Virus record (IMG/VR): IMGVR_UViG_3300048686_000254 | Coordinates: 1 to 54,857 of that record | Strand: one strand, 5' to 3' | Source of the DNA: a virus | Lineage: Duplodnaviria > Caudoviricetes | Length of the DNA stretch: 54,857 nucleotides | Part shown: positions 53,497 to 54,857 of the stretch, piece by piece | Layout: each line of letters opens with the position of its first letter | Position numbering within the stretch: the first letter of the stretch is position 1 | Notes under the pieces: generated by a model | What the model was told of the DNA's origin: nothing | Database searches by the model: none | The model's input: only the letters and a program-made list of their open reading frames with translations | Position numbers and translations under genes: made by a program

Positions 53497-53705
53497 GGCA
53501 TCCTATCCTTGTGGCTCTGAATCAATCGGATTGAGTTAGCATCCCAGCTCTCTGACTGCTCTGCTAAATCCAGCAAGGTGGAAGCTACATGATGCCACGT
53601 TGCCACTGCGTACTTGTTCTGTTCCATCGTTGCAATGTCCGCCCTATCCATAGCGTAGTGTGCTACGGCTTTGATAGTCTTCAGTAGTTCTTCGTTGTCG
53701 TTCAC
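53493..53705 (-). CDS. Hypothetical protein
   Basis: 70 aa; 4-bp overlaps on both sides. Confidence 0.55.
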   Translation of the reverse strand: MNDNEELLKTIKAVAHYAMDRADIATMEQNKYAVATWHHVASTLLDLAEQSESWDANSIRLIQSHKDRMP

Positions 53706-53911
53706 GCATGCCCCAGTTGATTGTCTTCTTGTTCGTTCTCCACTCTATGAACCAATGTTAAACACTTGTCAATACAGGTGTTTAGCTCTGCCAGCTCCTG
53801 CTTATGGCGTGGGCTTGCGTCTTCCTTCCACTCCCAGTTATTGCGTAGCGTCTTCATGTAAACGATTGCAAGGCGTACGTCCTTCGTCCACCCTGCATCT
53901 GACTCACTCAT
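53702..53911 (-). CDS. Hypothetical protein
   Basis: 69 aa; coupled overlaps. Confidence 0.55.
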   Translation of the reverse strand: MSESDAGWTKDVRLAIVYMKTLRNNWEWKEDASPRHKQELAELNTCIDKCLTLVHRVENEQEDNQLGHA

Positions 53912-54140
53912 CTTGGTCGTCCTCCAGTAAATCTCTAATGATTGATTCGTAGTGACGCTGACAGACCTGCATAGCCTGCCGCCTGCCTTTTACCATTGTA
54001 TCGGGATACCACCTGAACGTATGGCTTCCGCATCCATACATATCTTCATCCCTGTACTCAACATAGTAGGTGCACACCTGATTGCTTGCCATGTTACCAC
54101 CCCACTTCAGCTTTTTAATTCTCACGTTCTTTTTTCCCAT
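53904..54140 (-). CDS. Hypothetical protein (probably leaderless)
   Basis: 78 aa; ATG 5 nt after TATCTT box. Confidence 0.55.
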   Translation of the reverse strand: MGKKNVRIKKLKWGGNMASNQVCTYYVEYRDEDMYGCGSHTFRWYPDTMVKGRRQAMQVCQRHYESIIRDLLEDDQDE

Positions 54141-54141
54141 T

Positions 54142-54155
54142 ATGCAAGATACATA
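54142..54155 (-). repeat. 14-bp direct repeat copy 2; promoter/operator-like
   Basis: Exact match to 50289-50302. Confidence 0.75.
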
Positions 54156-54164
54156 TTTTCCTAC

Positions 54165-54198
54165 AAAAAGTAAAGGCTGACCCAGTAAGAGCCAGCCT
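54165..54198 (-). terminator. Rho-independent terminator
   Basis: Minus strand AGGCTGGCTC-TTACT-GGGTCAGCCT-TTACTTTTT. Confidence 0.7.
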
Positions 54199-54203
54199 GC
54201 CAG

Positions 54204-54524
54204 CTACAACCCTTCTGCTATACGTGATGCGTACTCAATCGCCTTCTCTAGACGTGTCGTATCGTATGCTTCCTGCCAGTCATAGGCAATCTCTATCTCG
54301 TCTTCCTCGCTGAGATACCAGCGTTTGTATTCCTGCACCAGAGCCAGCGCATCCTCCTCGGTGAGAACCTCGGCGATGTTCCTGATGCCCGGAGTACAAG
54401 CCCCGTGTCCTGAATCCTTATCCCAACATCCGCACTCCTGACCTGTGATAGTCCACGGCTGTTCGGGAAACACCAGCGTCTTCACGCCCAAGAAGTCACA
54501 TGGATAGACTATAATCTTACTCAC
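54204..54524 (-). CDS. Hypothetical protein
   Basis: GGAGG RBS before GTG 54524 (MSKIIVYPC...). Confidence 0.55.
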   Translation of the reverse strand: MSKIIVYPCDFLGVKTLVFPEQPWTITGQECGCWDKDSGHGACTPGIRNIAEVLTEEDALALVQEYKRWYLSEEDEIEIAYDWQEAYDTTRLEKAIEYASRIAEGL

Positions 54525-54709
54525 TGCCCTCCTCCAGACAGAGTACCTATGAGTACCACGCCTGCCATGCACAGGACGGCAAAGATAACCGCAACAAACC
54601 GCTCGTGGTCTACGCCCCTACAATATGGTGCGACGCGCCAGTACCAGTAACTGCGATTCTCTTCTATATCGTAGACCTTCTTACGCTTAAACTCGATGCC
54701 TATTAGCAT
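54521..54709 (-). CDS. Small membrane protein
   Basis: ATG 54709 (MLIGIEFKRK...); C-terminal TM FVAVIFAVLCMAGVVLIG. Confidence 0.5.
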   Translation of the reverse strand: MLIGIEFKRKKVYDIEENRSYWYWRVAPYCRGVDHERFVAVIFAVLCMAGVVLIGTLSGGGQ

Positions 54710-54855
54710 GACTGTGCCCCTTCTGTGTTGATTGTTAGTGCTTCGTCGCCCCATCTGTTTACATAATCGAAGAACACCTCGCCCCATTGCCCGTGCAAAT
54801 CATCCTCTGCATCCTCAAGCCAAGCCAAAGCCTGCTCTTCTGTAATACCTTCGAC
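54703..54855 (-). CDS. Acidic hypothetical protein, 5'-truncated by window edge
   Basis: Manual translation VEGITEEQALAWLEDAEDDLHGQWGEVFFDYVNRWGDEALTINTEGAQSC*; overlaps next start. Confidence 0.5.
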   Translation of the reverse strand, partial: VEGITEEQALAWLEDAEDDLHGQWGEVFFDYVNRWGDEALTINTEGAQSC

Positions 54856-54857
54856 TA

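Noticed and set aside
1-54857. Alternative genetic code (TAG/TGA recoding as in some crAss-like phages)
   Set aside because: Genes are long and intact in code 11, and TAG and TGA end genes at sensible boundaries (17097, 36395, 48413, many ATGA overlaps)
1-54857. tRNA, rRNA or CRISPR array
   Set aside because: Intergenic gaps are nearly all under about 110 bp and none shows a cloverleaf or a repeat-spacer pattern

Overview
The whole window is phage DNA, most likely the bulk of a temperate or plasmid-like podovirus-type tailed phage. A DUF3127-type SSB, a VESEKTA-type TOPRIM primase, TAnnTT(T)G-like promoters and an AxA-Q signal peptide point to an FCB-group (Bacteroidota/Ignavibacteria/Kapabacteria-like) host. 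On the + strand the order is: replication initiator (partial), primase-helicase, an overlapping lysis cassette, Bet/YqaJ/VRR-NUC recombination genes, SSB, fibre-like structural genes, metallophosphoesterase and HExxH protein, TerS/TerL, P22-type portal, scaffold, major capsid, five tandem adaptor-fold (ring) paralogues, a 1852-aa nozzle, and 1065-aa and 2924-aa ejection proteins. On the - strand are a three-gene operon diverging from TerS (two ejection-like proteins plus an unannotated 50-aa YRGQGR peptide) and the right arm (small genes, a tail-fibre cassette, a tyrosine recombinase). The most notable observations are the five-ring crAss-like tail module in a phage without an evident virion RNAP, a VRR-NUC gene with no in-frame start and an RF2-like CUU frameshift context, a fixed TAnnTT-N5-ATG leaderless pattern, and an exact 14-bp direct repeat bracketing the fibre cassette next to the recombinase. 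I saw no CRISPR array, tRNA, rRNA or reverse transcriptase. All family assignments are from motif recognition, not database searches.
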